Origin: Breznakia sp. PF5-3
GTDB lineage: Bacteria > Bacillota_I > Bacilli_A > Erysipelotrichales > Erysipelotrichaceae
Assembly (NCBI RefSeq): GCF_029504745.1
Contig: NZ_JAQFIQ010000020.1
Coordinates: 9,553-41,552 of the forward strand
Reading direction: 5' to 3'
Length of the DNA stretch: 32,000 nucleotides
Below are positions 1 through 9,469 of this stretch, piece after piece; position 1 is the first letter of the stretch; each line of letters opens with the position of its first letter. The position numbers were made by a program, and so were the translations under genes. The notes under the pieces are model-generated. The model did not search any database. It was not told the origin of the DNA and worked only from the letters and a program-made list of their open reading frames with translations.

Positions 1-1
1 T

Positions 2-637
2 TCAAAGATGGAGAAATTGAGTGATTATTGCTTTGTTTATAAAGATGGAAGACCACAAGAATTAGTAATGTATTTGTTGATTGGAAAGATTTTATATAAT
101 AAAGGCTTTTTTAAAGATTATATGAAGTTTGCAAAAGAGTTAGAGCAATTACCTGCTGTATTAGTTGCAGTACGTAAGCAAGCGGATGCACAAGCGCTTG
201 CTTATTGCGAAAAATATTATGCAGAACCATACAATATCTGGATTGCTTCAGGTAGTTTGTGGCCTGTTTGTTATGCTTATGCAATGTGTGTATTGGAAGA
301 AAGTCAATGGATTCGCACCAAATCTGTATCGAGTCCAGAGTTTTTCCATGGAACCTTGGAATTGGTGGAAAAGGACGTATGTTGTACATTGTTAATTGGC
401 GAAGGGAAAACACGAAGTATTGATTTGCGAGTAAAGAAATTTATTGAAACATATAGTGATAAAGCAAACGTTTTTGATTGTGCAGATTATGCTTATCCAG
501 GAATATCAGATGAATTCAGATCTTTATTATCTCCCGTTGTAATGAATGCAATTCTACAAAGGATTTCAAAGAATATGGAAGTTGTTACTGGACATTCTTT
601 GGATATCCGAAGATATTATCGTAAAGTAGAATATTAA
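2..637 (+). CDS. SIS-domain sugar-phosphate isomerase/deglycase (FrlB/GfrE-like), 5' end truncated by window edge
   Basis: The frame is open from nt 2 with no stop before the first ATG at 8, so the gene starts upstream of the window. The sequence (SGSLWPVCYAYAMCVLEE, SPEFFHGTLELVEKD) resembles the C-terminal SIS module of FrlB/GlmS-isomerase-type proteins. Stop TAA 635-637 overlaps the next start (TAATG). Confidence 0.7.
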   Translation, partial: SKMEKLSDYCFVYKDGRPQELVMYLLIGKILYNKGFFKDYMKFAKELEQLPAVLVAVRKQADAQALAYCEKYYAEPYNIWIASGSLWPVCYAYAMCVLEESQWIRTKSVSSPEFFHGTLELVEKDVCCTLLIGEGKTRSIDLRVKKFIETYSDKANVFDCADYAYPGISDEFRSLLSPVVMNAILQRISKNMEVVTGHSLDIRRYYRKVEY

Positions 638-2769
638 TGAAAGTATTAGGATTAGGAGATAATGTAGTAGATGTATATCGGAATTTAGAAAAGAGTTATC
701 CTGGTGGGAATGCATTAAACAATGCAGTAAATGCAGCTAAATTAAATTATCAAAGTGCTTATTTAGGGAATTTTGCAGATGATATGTATGGAGAATACAT
801 GCAATTTATTTTAAAGTCCATGGGGATTGATATTTCAAAGTGTGTTTGTATTCATGATAGCACTACTAAAAAGTGTATTGTTGATGTATTTGAAGGGGAA
901 CGAAACTTTGTAGGTGTTGATTTGGGTGAGCATTATGCAGGATGTATTAATATTACAGCTCAACAACAATCATATATTGAAGATTTTGATATTATCTTTA
1001 CTAGTTGTAATGCTAAGATTGAAGAACAGTTATATAAATTGGCAAAGGTGAAAGGAATCGTTAGTTATGATTTTGGTGAAAAAGAAAAATATCGTACAAC
1101 CACATATCTTTCTAAAGTACTTCCTTACATTGATTTTGCACAGTTCTCAATCAATGGTATTTCTGCAGAGGAAGCATTAGCGCTTGTTAATCAACTGCAA
1201 ATTGATAAGCCAACCTTGATTACGCGAGGTGGGGAATCACCTATTTTTATATATCAAGGGACTTATTATTTAGGAAAAATGCATAAAATAAAAGCCAAAG
1301 ATACTATGGGGGCAGGAGATGCGTTTATTACCAAGTTTATAACGCAATTATATACTACAACTAAGGGTGACAAATTAGCGGAAGAACAGATTGGAAAAGC
1401 ACTTCATGATGCAGGATTATATGCTTCAGAAGTTTGTAAGATAGATGGAGGATTTGGGTTTCCATACTTGAAATATAATCTTCAAGGTGTCTTATTTGAT
1501 ATGGATGGTGTACTTGTTGATAGTGAACAATATTGGGTGGAAATAGCAGAAAAAATTCTTTATCAACACGGATATCACTTTAATGAAATTGACAAAGAAC
1601 GATATTATGGTTGTTCTTTAAAGCAAGAGGTTGAATTAATTAATCAATATATAGAAATTTCAGAAAAGAATTTTCTTGATCAAAAACAAACGATGGTAGA
1701 ACGATATCCATGCGACTATCAACAGATGTTGATGCCATATGCGAAAGATTTGATTATATGGTTAAAAAGCAAGGGTGTAAAATTGGGTATTGTTTCATCA
1801 AGTACTAGAAAAGAAATAAATGAAATGCTTATACAATGTCAGTTACAAGATGTTTTTACTGTGATTGTTTCTGGAGATATGGTAAAACATTCCAAGCCGA
1901 ATCCTGAAATTTATCAATATGCTATGAAAGAAATGAAAATAACAAATGATAAAGTAATTGTAATAGAAGATTCTGGTTATGGAATAAAGGCAGCACAAGA
2001 AGCGGGATTGAATGTAATTGCAATGAAGAATCAAGCAAATAATCAAGCATTAAAAGAAATGAATGTGTATTTTGCTTCTCATGATGATATAAAAACGTAT
2101 TTAACGTTCATAAGTAAAGATAAAAAACTATTATGTCCTAGCATGATGTGCGCAGATTATGGCTCGTTAAAAGAGGAAGTTTTAAACTTAGATGCAGCTG
2201 GTGTAGATATTTTTCACTGTGATGTAATGGATGGTAGTTTTGTACCAAATATGACGATGGGCATAATGGATATAAAGACGATTCGAAAGTATACAAAGAA
2301 GATGATTGATGTACATTTAATGGTTGAAAATCCTTTGGCAAAGATGGATTTATTTATTGATGCTGGAGCTGATATCATTTATATTCATCCTGAGGCGGAA
2401 CGCTATGTAATTAAAGCGATTATGTATATTAAATCAAAAGGAAAACTTGCAGGGATTGCAATTAATCCAGATACGAGTGTGGAAACGATTAAAGAGATGT
2501 TGAAGCTAGTTGATTATGTCATGATAATGAGTGTAAATCCAGGATTTACAGGACAAGATTTTATAGAATTTACAATTGATAAAATTAAGCAATTAGCAGA
2601 AATAAAAAAACAAAGACCGTTTAAGTTGATTGTTGATGGTGCGATAACGATAGAGAAAATGAAGCGTTTAAATGTGCTTGGTGTTGATGGCTATGTGCTT
2701 GGAACGAGTTCTTTGTTTAAAGAAAATGTGAATTATAAAGAACAAATGAAAAAATTAAGAAATTTATAG
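637..2769 (+). CDS. Tri-domain fusion: PfkB-family ketoamine (fructoselysine) kinase FrlD-like + HAD-IA phosphatase/beta-PGM-like + ribulose-phosphate 3-epimerase-family domain
   Basis: Uninterrupted 710-aa ORF. aa 1-~280 resemble E. coli FrlD (LGDNVVDVY, GGNALN, DTMGAGDAF). aa ~283-495 carry HAD motifs (FDMDGVLVDSE with nucleophile Asp at nt 1498-1500, VSSS, KPNPEIY, EDSGYG). aa ~498-710 carry RPE-family motifs (CPSMMCAD, HCDVMDGSFVPN, HLMVENP, MSVNPGFTGQ, VDGA). Confidence 0.85.
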   Translation: MKVLGLGDNVVDVYRNLEKSYPGGNALNNAVNAAKLNYQSAYLGNFADDMYGEYMQFILKSMGIDISKCVCIHDSTTKKCIVDVFEGERNFVGVDLGEHYAGCINITAQQQSYIEDFDIIFTSCNAKIEEQLYKLAKVKGIVSYDFGEKEKYRTTTYLSKVLPYIDFAQFSINGISAEEALALVNQLQIDKPTLITRGGESPIFIYQGTYYLGKMHKIKAKDTMGAGDAFITKFITQLYTTTKGDKLAEEQIGKALHDAGLYASEVCKIDGGFGFPYLKYNLQGVLFDMDGVLVDSEQYWVEIAEKILYQHGYHFNEIDKERYYGCSLKQEVELINQYIEISEKNFLDQKQTMVERYPCDYQQMLMPYAKDLIIWLKSKGVKLGIVSSSTRKEINEMLIQCQLQDVFTVIVSGDMVKHSKPNPEIYQYAMKEMKITNDKVIVIEDSGYGIKAAQEAGLNVIAMKNQANNQALKEMNVYFASHDDIKTYLTFISKDKKLLCPSMMCADYGSLKEEVLNLDAAGVDIFHCDVMDGSFVPNMTMGIMDIKTIRKYTKKMIDVHLMVENPLAKMDLFIDAGADIIYIHPEAERYVIKAIMYIKSKGKLAGIAINPDTSVETIKEMLKLVDYVMIMSVNPGFTGQDFIEFTIDKIKQLAEIKKQRPFKLIVDGAITIEKMKRLNVLGVDGYVLGTSSLFKENVNYKEQMKKLRNL

Positions 2770-2778
2770 GAGGTATAT

Positions 2779-3210
2779 ATGATCGGATTAGTATTAACAG
2801 GGCATGGGGAGTATGCTTCAGGATTAACATCATCATTAAAGTTAATCGCAGGAGATCAGCTTGAACAGTATGAGTATATAGATTTTAAAAAAGAAGATGA
2901 CGTGGATACTTTAGAAAGGAACATAAAAACCGCTTTTGATCGCTTGGAAAATTGTGATGGAATTCTTGTATGTTGTGATTTAATTGGTGGTAGTCCATTT
3001 AAAAGTGCAGTTACATTGGGAATGGAAAAAGAAAATGTGAAAGTAGTAGCAGGAACAAATTTGCCAATGCTTTTAGAAGTGAATACAATGCGCTTTGCGC
3101 ATGATGATGTAGCAACACTGGCTCATCAAATTGCAGAAGTTGGAAAACAGATGATAATGGTATATGAGTACGAAGAGGTATCGGATACGGAAGGAAGTGA
3201 TGGTATCTAA
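2779..3210 (+). CDS. PTS mannose/fructose/sorbose-family EIIA component
   Basis: 143 aa with SD TAGGAGG 5-10 nt upstream. The N-terminus MIGLVLTGHGEYA carries the conserved phosphorylatable His, and CDLIGGSPF follows later, as in Man-family EIIA. Confidence 0.85.
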   Translation: MIGLVLTGHGEYASGLTSSLKLIAGDQLEQYEYIDFKKEDDVDTLERNIKTAFDRLENCDGILVCCDLIGGSPFKSAVTLGMEKENVKVVAGTNLPMLLEVNTMRFAHDDVATLAHQIAEVGKQMIMVYEYEEVSDTEGSDGI

Positions 3211-3211
3211 A

Positions 3212-4033
3212 ATGAAAAAGGGATATTTGTATTTGTTTATCACTGCTTTTTGTTGGAGTACAGCAGGTACATTTATTCGCTTTAATTCACAATCAGGCTT
3301 ATTGATTGCTTGTATTGGCTCAGTAGTAGCATTATTTTTTAATCTATGTTTTTATCGTAAACAATGGAAGTTCAATTCCACTATCTTAGCAGTAGCAATT
3401 TTTCAGGTAATCTGTGGTATTACGTTTATCTATGCAAATCAATTAACGAGTGTTGGAAATGCAATTGTTTTACAGTATACATCGATGATTTTTGTACTAA
3501 TCTTTGAAAGCGTTGATAAACGCAGATTACCAATGTTAAGGCAATTGGTTATCATTGCAATTGTAATATTTGGAATGGTATTGTTCTTTTTAGATAGCAT
3601 CAGTGTGAAGGGGATGATTGGGAATGCTTTAGCAATCATCTCTGGTGCTTTTTTTGGATTGCAATTTTATATCAATACCAAACCATTAGCAGATGCATAT
3701 AGTTCAACCAATATCAGTTACTGTCTAACGATGCTTTTTTTGGTTTTTATTTTTCATGATCTTTTTAAAGTTCGTTCATTAGAATGGGGAGCTATGCTTG
3801 CCAGTGGCGTTTTTCAAACGGCACTTGGAGGGATTTTCTTTGCGAAAGGGATTAAAGAAGTATCTGCATTTACAGCAAATGTAATTTGTATGTCAGAAAT
3901 CATTTTGGCACCTTTATGGACATTTATACTGTTTCATGAAACCATTAGCATCGTTTCACTTTTTGGTGCATTTATTATTGTGTTGGGTATTTTGGCGAAT
4001 ATTTATATTGAATTTCACCAGAGCACAGACTAG
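3212..4033 (+). CDS. EamA/DMT-superfamily permease (10-TM type)
   Basis: The protein is hydrophobic throughout, with two EamA-like halves. I place the start at ATG 3212 (MKKGYLYLFITAF), 1 nt after the EIIA stop and behind a GGAAGGAAG purine tract. The track start at 3164 would overlap EIIA with a non-hydrophobic extension. Confidence 0.75.
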   Translation: MKKGYLYLFITAFCWSTAGTFIRFNSQSGLLIACIGSVVALFFNLCFYRKQWKFNSTILAVAIFQVICGITFIYANQLTSVGNAIVLQYTSMIFVLIFESVDKRRLPMLRQLVIIAIVIFGMVLFFLDSISVKGMIGNALAIISGAFFGLQFYINTKPLADAYSSTNISYCLTMLFLVFIFHDLFKVRSLEWGAMLASGVFQTALGGIFFAKGIKEVSAFTANVICMSEIILAPLWTFILFHETISIVSLFGAFIIVLGILANIYIEFHQSTD

Positions 4034-4363
4034 TCTTACAAGAATCTGCTTGTTATCAACTAGGCTGCTTATGAGAAATGTGTTATAATTTTAATACATA
4101 TTAGTTTATACTATCAGAATATTTATAATATAACAGAAACATATAAATGGTTGTATAGATTTTAAGCTTTGAATGTGAAGACAAACTTGTTCATATGGTT
4201 TTTTTATATATAAAGGTATTAGAATTATAAGGGAAAACATGAAAAAAACGAGTGATATTTATTAGTGAGGGAAATATCATTGTTTAGTAAGCATTTTAGA
4301 TTTATGAAATAAGAAAAATTATATATTTCTTCGAAAGGATGAAATAGTAAAGGAGAAGGCTAC

Positions 4364-5140
4364 ATGGGTGATTATGTAACGGACAAAAGATATAAACATT
4401 TAAATAGAAATTCGGCATTGCCTTTATATTATCAATTGAAAGAACATATCAAAGAAGCGATTGTAAAAGGGCAATATAAGGCAAATGATAAATTGCCAAC
4501 GGAAGAAGAACTATGTAAGGAATTTTCTATATCTCGTCCAGTTGTTCGTCAAGCATATGATGAATTAATCAAAGAAGGATTGGTAGGAAGACACAAGGGA
4601 AGAGGAACATTTGTAAAGAAAACGGCAGATAAACACTCTTTATTTAAAGACTTTATTGGCTTTTCATTTGAAGAAAATGTGAGGGATTTAGAAAAAGAAT
4701 CTAAAATAGTAAAAGTAGAAAAAATTACTGATCCGTTGATTGCTATGCGGATGGAAATTCCTAAAGATAGTGAACTTTTGCATATTATTCGTATTGTTCA
4801 TGATCTTGAATATCCAGTATCGATGATTGAATCGTATTTGCCAGTTGATTATTTTATTAATATCGAAAAATATATGTTGATTTCAATAGATAAAACAATT
4901 ATTGAATTAATTGAAAGCTTGTATGGAATTCATATTGATAAAGCAATTAGATCGCTTACAGCAATGAAGATTTCAAAAGAGAGAGCAGACTTTCTTCATG
5001 GAAATATCGATGATTTGGTATATGAAATAGAAACCCAATATGTTGATGTATTTGAACGTAATGTGATTTTGGAATATGTTACTTATTTAGTGAGTAAAAT
5101 GAATATTAATATTGAAGTAAATCGAAAGCAGTCATTATAA
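4364..5140 (+). CDS. GntR-family transcriptional regulator, HutC/FrlR-like (winged HTH + UTRA-type effector domain)
   Basis: SD AAAGGAG lies upstream. The N-terminal segment LPTEEELCKEFSISRPVVRQAYDELIKEGLVGRHKGRGTFV is a classic GntR HTH. The ~170-aa C-terminal domain is of HutC-subfamily size. Confidence 0.85.
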   Translation: MGDYVTDKRYKHLNRNSALPLYYQLKEHIKEAIVKGQYKANDKLPTEEELCKEFSISRPVVRQAYDELIKEGLVGRHKGRGTFVKKTADKHSLFKDFIGFSFEENVRDLEKESKIVKVEKITDPLIAMRMEIPKDSELLHIIRIVHDLEYPVSMIESYLPVDYFINIEKYMLISIDKTIIELIESLYGIHIDKAIRSLTAMKISKERADFLHGNIDDLVYEIETQYVDVFERNVILEYVTYLVSKMNINIEVNRKQSL

Positions 5141-5158
5141 AACATGAATTGAAATTTT

Positions 5159-5187
5159 AGCTATACCACAAGGTATGGCTTTTTTTG
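5159..5187 (+). terminator. Rho-independent terminator after the GntR gene
   Basis: AGCTATACC-acaa-GGTATGGCT forms a 9-bp stem with one G-U pair, followed by a T7 run. Confidence 0.75.
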
Positions 5188-5389
5188 TTATAATAGAAAG
5201 AGATAGATATAGGTATATATTAAAAATATTTTTTAAATGTTGTATATTTCACAAATTATTAACATTATTGAGATATTTCATTTTAGTAAAATTTAATTGT
5301 TATGAAATAAAAGATGGATTATATAGAACAGGGAAGGGTTTCATTTTGTATATCATCCAATTGTGATTATTCCAAGAAAGGAATTATAT

Positions 5390-8300
5390 ATGTTAAAACT
5401 TACTAATATTCGCAAATCATATAAAACTTATAATTTTACTCAAGTTGCATTGAATGATGTTTCAATTTTGTTTCGAGATAATGAGTTTGCAGCAATACTG
5501 GGTTCTTCAGGGTCTGGGAAAACGACAATGTTAAATATTATTGGAGGACTTGATCGTTATGATTCTGGTGATCTTGAAATTGATGGAATATCAACCAAAA
5601 AGTATACATCATCTGATTGGGATGCTTATCGTAATAATCGAATTGGATTTGTATTTCAAAGTTACAATTTAATTCCTCATCAAACAATATTGTCAAATGT
5701 TGAATTAGCGCTTACGTTAAGTGGCGTATCAAAAGCAGAGCGTAGAAAAAAAGCAAAAGCTGCACTGGAAGAAGTAGGACTTTTGGATCATATAAGAAAA
5801 CTGCCAAGCCAGCTTTCTGGAGGGCAAATGCAGCGTGTTGCGATAGCACGTGCATTAATTAATGATCCAGAGATATTGCTTGCAGATGAGCCTACTGGAG
5901 CATTGGATACCAAAACAAGTGAACAGGTAATGGAACTGTTAACAAGAATTGCCAAGAACCGTTTAGTTATTATGGTTACACATAATCCTGCATTGGCTGA
6001 TAAGTATGCTAATCGAATTATTCAATTGAAAGATGGAGAAATCATAGACGATACAAATCCATTGTCTTTGCATGAAGAAATGGCTGTAACAAAGAAGGCA
6101 CCACGTAAAGTTAGTATGTCTTTTCTTACTGCCATTTCATTATCACTTAGTAATATGATGACCAAAAAGGGAAGAACGTTCATTACGTCTTTAGCTGGAT
6201 CGATTGGGATTATCGGAATTGCTGCAATTTTGGCTTTGGCTAGTGGAATAAATGCATATATTGCCAATATCGAAGAAGAGACGATGAGTGTCTACCCGCT
6301 TACCATTCAAGCTTCTGGTATTGATATAACGAGTATGCTGGGAGATCCTGAAAATATGACTACCAAAGGTAGTAGTAAAAATGAGGATAGTGATGTAGGG
6401 GTACGTAATATTTTTGAAACGATGTTTAGTTATCAAAATCAAAACGATTTAACTTCTTTAAAAGCCTATATTGAGAAAAACAATGATAAAATTGATCCGT
6501 ATGTTAAAAATATTCAGTATAAATATGATATTATTCCGCAAATATACTTAACAGATACTAGCAAGGGAATTTATCAAGTGAGTCCAGACGCTATATTGAA
6601 GAGTTATGGTATAGGTTCTAGTACAGGGATGAGTGCAATTATGGGGAACAGTTCTATGATGGGAATGAATAATTTTCATGAATTACCTGGAGATAGCACA
6701 ATGTTTGAGAATCAATATGATATCAAGGCAGGACGATGGCCCAAAAAGTATGATGAAACAGTATTGGTTTTAACATCAAACGGGAATGTATCAGATTATG
6801 TACTATATTCTTTGGGGTTGAAAGATCGAGATGAGCTAAAAAAGATGTTAGATACTTTTGTAAATGAACCAGGAAAAAGCGTCAATATAAAAGCAGATGA
6901 TAATAATATTACCTTTAACAAATTAATGAATTCTAAGCTTACGGTGATTCATCCATCTGATAAATATGTGTATGATGAAAAATATAAGGTATGGATAGAT
7001 AAATCAGATAATGATACACATATGAAGCAAACGATTGAACAAGGGGTAGATTTAAAGATTGTAGGTGTTGTACAAGCGGATCCAGATGCTACTGCTACCT
7101 CATTGGCTTCAGGTATCAACTATACACCAGAGTTAACACAATATTTAATTACAACATCTGCTGATACGAAAATTGTAAAAGAGCAATTAAACAAACCAAC
7201 GATGAACATTTTCACAGGAAAATCATTTGTTGAAGAAAAGAATGAAAGCAACTCACAATTTGACTTTAAAGAGTTATTCACAATTGATGAGGATGCAATA
7301 CGTAATGCTTTTCATATTGATACATCACAATTGAATGTGGATATGTCTTCTTTTGATATCAATATGAATGATATAACTCTTCCTGAAATGAATTTAGGAA
7401 ATTTAAACCAAGAGATTGCGGGTCAAATCAATATCCCTGCAGATAAGTTAAATGCAATCATGGAAAATGTATTAAGAGACTTTGTTCAAGAACAAATACG
7501 AGATGGAGTAAGTGATCCAGAAGTAGTTATTCAAAATCTAATTGCATATTTAAATAGAGATGATGTACAAGCAAACATCAATAGACAGCTTGCGGAAGCA
7601 ATTGATACTAGTCAACTTAGTGATCAACTCAGTAAAGTAATTCAAGAGTATATGACAAATGCAATGCAGACATATGTTACACAAATGATGACTACTTTAC
7701 AAAATCAGATTCAAAATCAAATTCAAAGTGCTCTTGAACAGTTTCCTCAACAGATGCAAAATGCAATGTCGATTGATCAAGAAGCCTTTGCAGCAGCATT
7801 TAAATTGAATATTAGTGAAGATGATATCCTGGATTTGATGACGACGATGTTAAGCCCGAATGAAACAACGTTAGAGAGCAATTTATCAACGTTAGGATAT
7901 GCGGATATAAAAACACCAAATCAAATTAATATATATCCTAAAGATTTTACATCAAAAGAAAATGTAATTCATTTCTTACAAGATTATAATCATAAAATGG
8001 AAAAAGCTGGAAATGATGATAAAGTTGTTCGCTATAGTGATATTGTAGGGACAATGATGTCTTCTGTAACAGATATTGTGGATACGATTAGCTATACATT
8101 GGTTGCTTTTGTAGCGATTTCTTTAATTGTATCTTCCATTATGATTGGAGTAATTACTTATATATCTGTACTGGAAAGAAAAAAAGAAATTGGGATTCTT
8201 CGAGCGATTGGAGCCAGCAAACGAGATATTCGTTGGGTATTTAATGCAGAGACACTAATTATTGGTTTTATTGCTGGAATGATTGGTATCGTAGTAACAT

Positions 8301-8488
8301 ATTTATTAAGTATCGTTGCTAATATTATCGTTTATAATGAATTGGGAATTGCAAATATTGCACAATTGCCACCAACTGCAGCAGCGATATTAGTCTTAAT
8401 TAGTATGGCATTAGCTTTTATTTCTGGATTATTCCCATCTTCAGCAGCAGCACGCAAAGACCCTGTAGAAGCACTTAGAAGTGAATAG
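5390..8488 (+). CDS. Fused ABC transporter: MacB/LolD-type ATPase + FtsX-type permease with very large extracytoplasmic domain
   Basis: The N-terminal ~225 aa carry Walker [10 protein letters not shown], signature LSGGQMQR and Walker B ILLADEPT. One TM helix lies at ~nt 6175-6250, followed by ~600 aa of hydrophilic sequence. A C-terminal FtsX-like 3-TM bundle spans nt ~8085-8440. I moved the start to ATG 5390 ([11 protein letters not shown]) behind AAAGGA; the track start GTG 5363 is less likely. Confidence 0.85.
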   Translation: MLKLTNIRKSYKTYNFTQVALNDVSILFRDNEFAAILGSSGSGKTTMLNIIGGLDRYDSGDLEIDGISTKKYTSSDWDAYRNNRIGFVFQSYNLIPHQTILSNVELALTLSGVSKAERRKKAKAALEEVGLLDHIRKLPSQLSGGQMQRVAIARALINDPEILLADEPTGALDTKTSEQVMELLTRIAKNRLVIMVTHNPALADKYANRIIQLKDGEIIDDTNPLSLHEEMAVTKKAPRKVSMSFLTAISLSLSNMMTKKGRTFITSLAGSIGIIGIAAILALASGINAYIANIEEETMSVYPLTIQASGIDITSMLGDPENMTTKGSSKNEDSDVGVRNIFETMFSYQNQNDLTSLKAYIEKNNDKIDPYVKNIQYKYDIIPQIYLTDTSKGIYQVSPDAILKSYGIGSSTGMSAIMGNSSMMGMNNFHELPGDSTMFENQYDIKAGRWPKKYDETVLVLTSNGNVSDYVLYSLGLKDRDELKKMLDTFVNEPGKSVNIKADDNNITFNKLMNSKLTVIHPSDKYVYDEKYKVWIDKSDNDTHMKQTIEQGVDLKIVGVVQADPDATATSLASGINYTPELTQYLITTSADTKIVKEQLNKPTMNIFTGKSFVEEKNESNSQFDFKELFTIDEDAIRNAFHIDTSQLNVDMSSFDINMNDITLPEMNLGNLNQEIAGQINIPADKLNAIMENVLRDFVQEQIRDGVSDPEVVIQNLIAYLNRDDVQANINRQLAEAIDTSQLSDQLSKVIQEYMTNAMQTYVTQMMTTLQNQIQNQIQSALEQFPQQMQNAMSIDQEAFAAAFKLNISEDDILDLMTTMLSPNETTLESNLSTLGYADIKTPNQINIYPKDFTSKENVIHFLQDYNHKMEKAGNDDKVVRYSDIVGTMMSSVTDIVDTISYTLVAFVAISLIVSSIMIGVITYISVLERKKEIGILRAIGASKRDIRWVFNAETLIIGFIAGMIGIVVTYLLSIVANIIVYNELGIANIAQLPPTAAAILVLISMALAFISGLFPSSAAARKDPVEALRSE

Positions 8489-8497
8489 AAATTAAAA

Positions 8498-8529
8498 AGC
8501 TATACATTTTAATGATGTGTAGCTTTTTG
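8498..8529 (+). terminator. Rho-independent terminator after the ABC gene
   Basis: AGCTATACA-N9-TGTGTAGCT forms a 9-bp stem with one wobble pair, followed by TTTT. Confidence 0.7.
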
Positions 8530-8687
8530 AGTTAAGCCTTCAATGGTAAAAGTTCTTTACTTTTAAAGGATATATGATAAGTTGTAATTATAAATATTTT
8601 TCTTATATTCAGTATGATGATTGTAATTGATTATATGAAATGTTTTAAAAGATTATAATAATAAGTAAAGGGAGTAAGTTGAAAGTG

Positions 8688-9071
8688 ATGAGTAATTATA
8701 CAAATTCGGATTTTTCTGAGGCATTATTAGAAGTACTTTCGATTATAAATAAATGTGAAAAGATGCATGGTAAATTTGAAGTTGGATCTTCCCAATATAC
8801 ATTGCTTACGAATAGAATAAAAGCAATGTATATTGCGAAAATGCTGTTAACTCACAAATTAGATGATGATTTAAATCTGGGAAAAGATATTAACGAATAT
8901 AGTAAAAAAGAGTTAAGTGCATCATTGGAACCAATATCTTCAATTCTTAGAAAATGTGAAAAGGCACAGCGAAAATATGAAGAGGGTACAACAAATTATA
9001 ATCGGTTTGTAAAGCAGATAAAAACTATGTACATTGTAAAGATGCTTGTTGAAGAAGCGTTGGAGAAATAA
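8688..9071 (+). CDS. Hypothetical small helical protein built from two tandem ~45-aa repeats
   Basis: SD AAAGGGAG at 8667-8674. ATG 8688 is preferred over TTG 8679 and GTG 8685. Internal duplication: LLEVLSIINKCEKMHGKFEVGSSQYTLLTNRIKAMYIAKMLL versus LEPISSILRKCEKAQRKYEEGTTNYNRFVKQIKTMYIVKMLV. Confidence 0.6.
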   Translation: MSNYTNSDFSEALLEVLSIINKCEKMHGKFEVGSSQYTLLTNRIKAMYIAKMLLTHKLDDDLNLGKDINEYSKKELSASLEPISSILRKCEKAQRKYEEGTTNYNRFVKQIKTMYIVKMLVEEALEK

Positions 9072-9086
9072 AAAGGAGGAATATAT

Positions 9087-9440
9087 ATGACACCAAAAGA
9101 GATATTATTAAAATGGGTAGAGGCATTTAATGCCAAAGATTATGAGGGGATTTCAAACCTATATGCAGAAAATGCAACAAACCATCAAGTAGCCAATGAA
9201 CCAGTAATAGGAAAAGAAGCGATTAAAGAGATGTTTAAAAGTGAATTTACTATTGAAGAGATGGTTTGTATTGTTGAAAATATATTTGAAGATAGAGAAT
9301 GGGCAATTTTAGAATGGAAAGATCCATTGGGCTTAAGAGGTTGTGGTTTTTTTCATATTGTAAATGATAAGATTATTTTTCAAAGAGGATATTGGGATAA
9401 GTTATCATTTTTAAAACAACATAACTTACCAATTGAATAA
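9087..9440 (+). CDS. SnoaL-like / NTF2-fold protein (ketosteroid-isomerase-like superfamily)
   Basis: SD AAAGGAGG lies upstream. The size (117 aa) and the N-terminus LKWVEAFNAKDYEGISNLYAENATNHQV are typical of SnoaL-like domains. Confidence 0.65.
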   Translation: MTPKEILLKWVEAFNAKDYEGISNLYAENATNHQVANEPVIGKEAIKEMFKSEFTIEEMVCIVENIFEDREWAILEWKDPLGLRGCGFFHIVNDKIIFQRGYWDKLSFLKQHNLPIE

Positions 9441-9469
9441 TAGAAACAGAAAGGGTAGATGGAGAAAGC

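Noticed and set aside
111-413. Antisense and alternative-frame ORFs inside real genes. Examples: 111-413(-), 165-395(+), 1843-2046(-), 2138-2341(-), 3439-3639(-), 6022-6442(-), 9524-9742(-), 10644-11041(-), 11559-11762(-), 13167-13394(-), 14311-14535(-), 17075-17275(-), 17858-18046(+), 19340-19567(+), 23508-23711(-), 24520-24708(-), 24949-25131(-), 25289-25471(-), 26261-26461(-), 27398-27595(-), 28388-28630(-), 30556-30741(+).
   Set aside because: Each lies entirely within, or mostly overlaps, a longer ORF with clear family motifs. They have no SD and their composition is low-complexity (Ile/Phe/Leu/Asn-rich or Ser/His-rich), typical of shadow frames in AT-rich DNA.
3164-3211. N-terminal extensions given by the ORF track, at 3164, 5363, 8679, 12580, 15107, 19917, 19962, 23781, 26554, 27321, 28012, 30725 and 31573.
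   Set aside because: In each case an internal ATG or GTG has a properly spaced GGAGG-type SD and gives the family-typical N-terminus. The longer version overlaps the upstream gene or begins at a weak TTG or GTG.
4329-4337. A third occurrence of part of the TCS box (CCTTTCGAA on the minus strand) just upstream of the first GntR gene.
   Set aside because: The match is only 9 nt, contains the common palindrome TTCGAA, and is expected by chance in 64 kb of two-strand AT-rich sequence.
5175-5366. 63-aa ORF in the gap between the GntR gene and the ABC transporter.
   Set aside because: It starts inside the terminator hairpin/T-run region with no SD. Its sequence is Ile/Phe/Lys/Tyr-rich with no recognisable motif. 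It is most likely a chance frame in an AT-rich promoter region.
7690-7745. Short tandem DNA repeat CAAAATCAGATT/CAAAATCAAATT inside the ABC gene.
   Set aside because: It simply encodes the QNQIQNQIQ stretch of a Gln/Asn-rich coiled segment. There are only two units, so it is not a repeat element or a CRISPR-like array.
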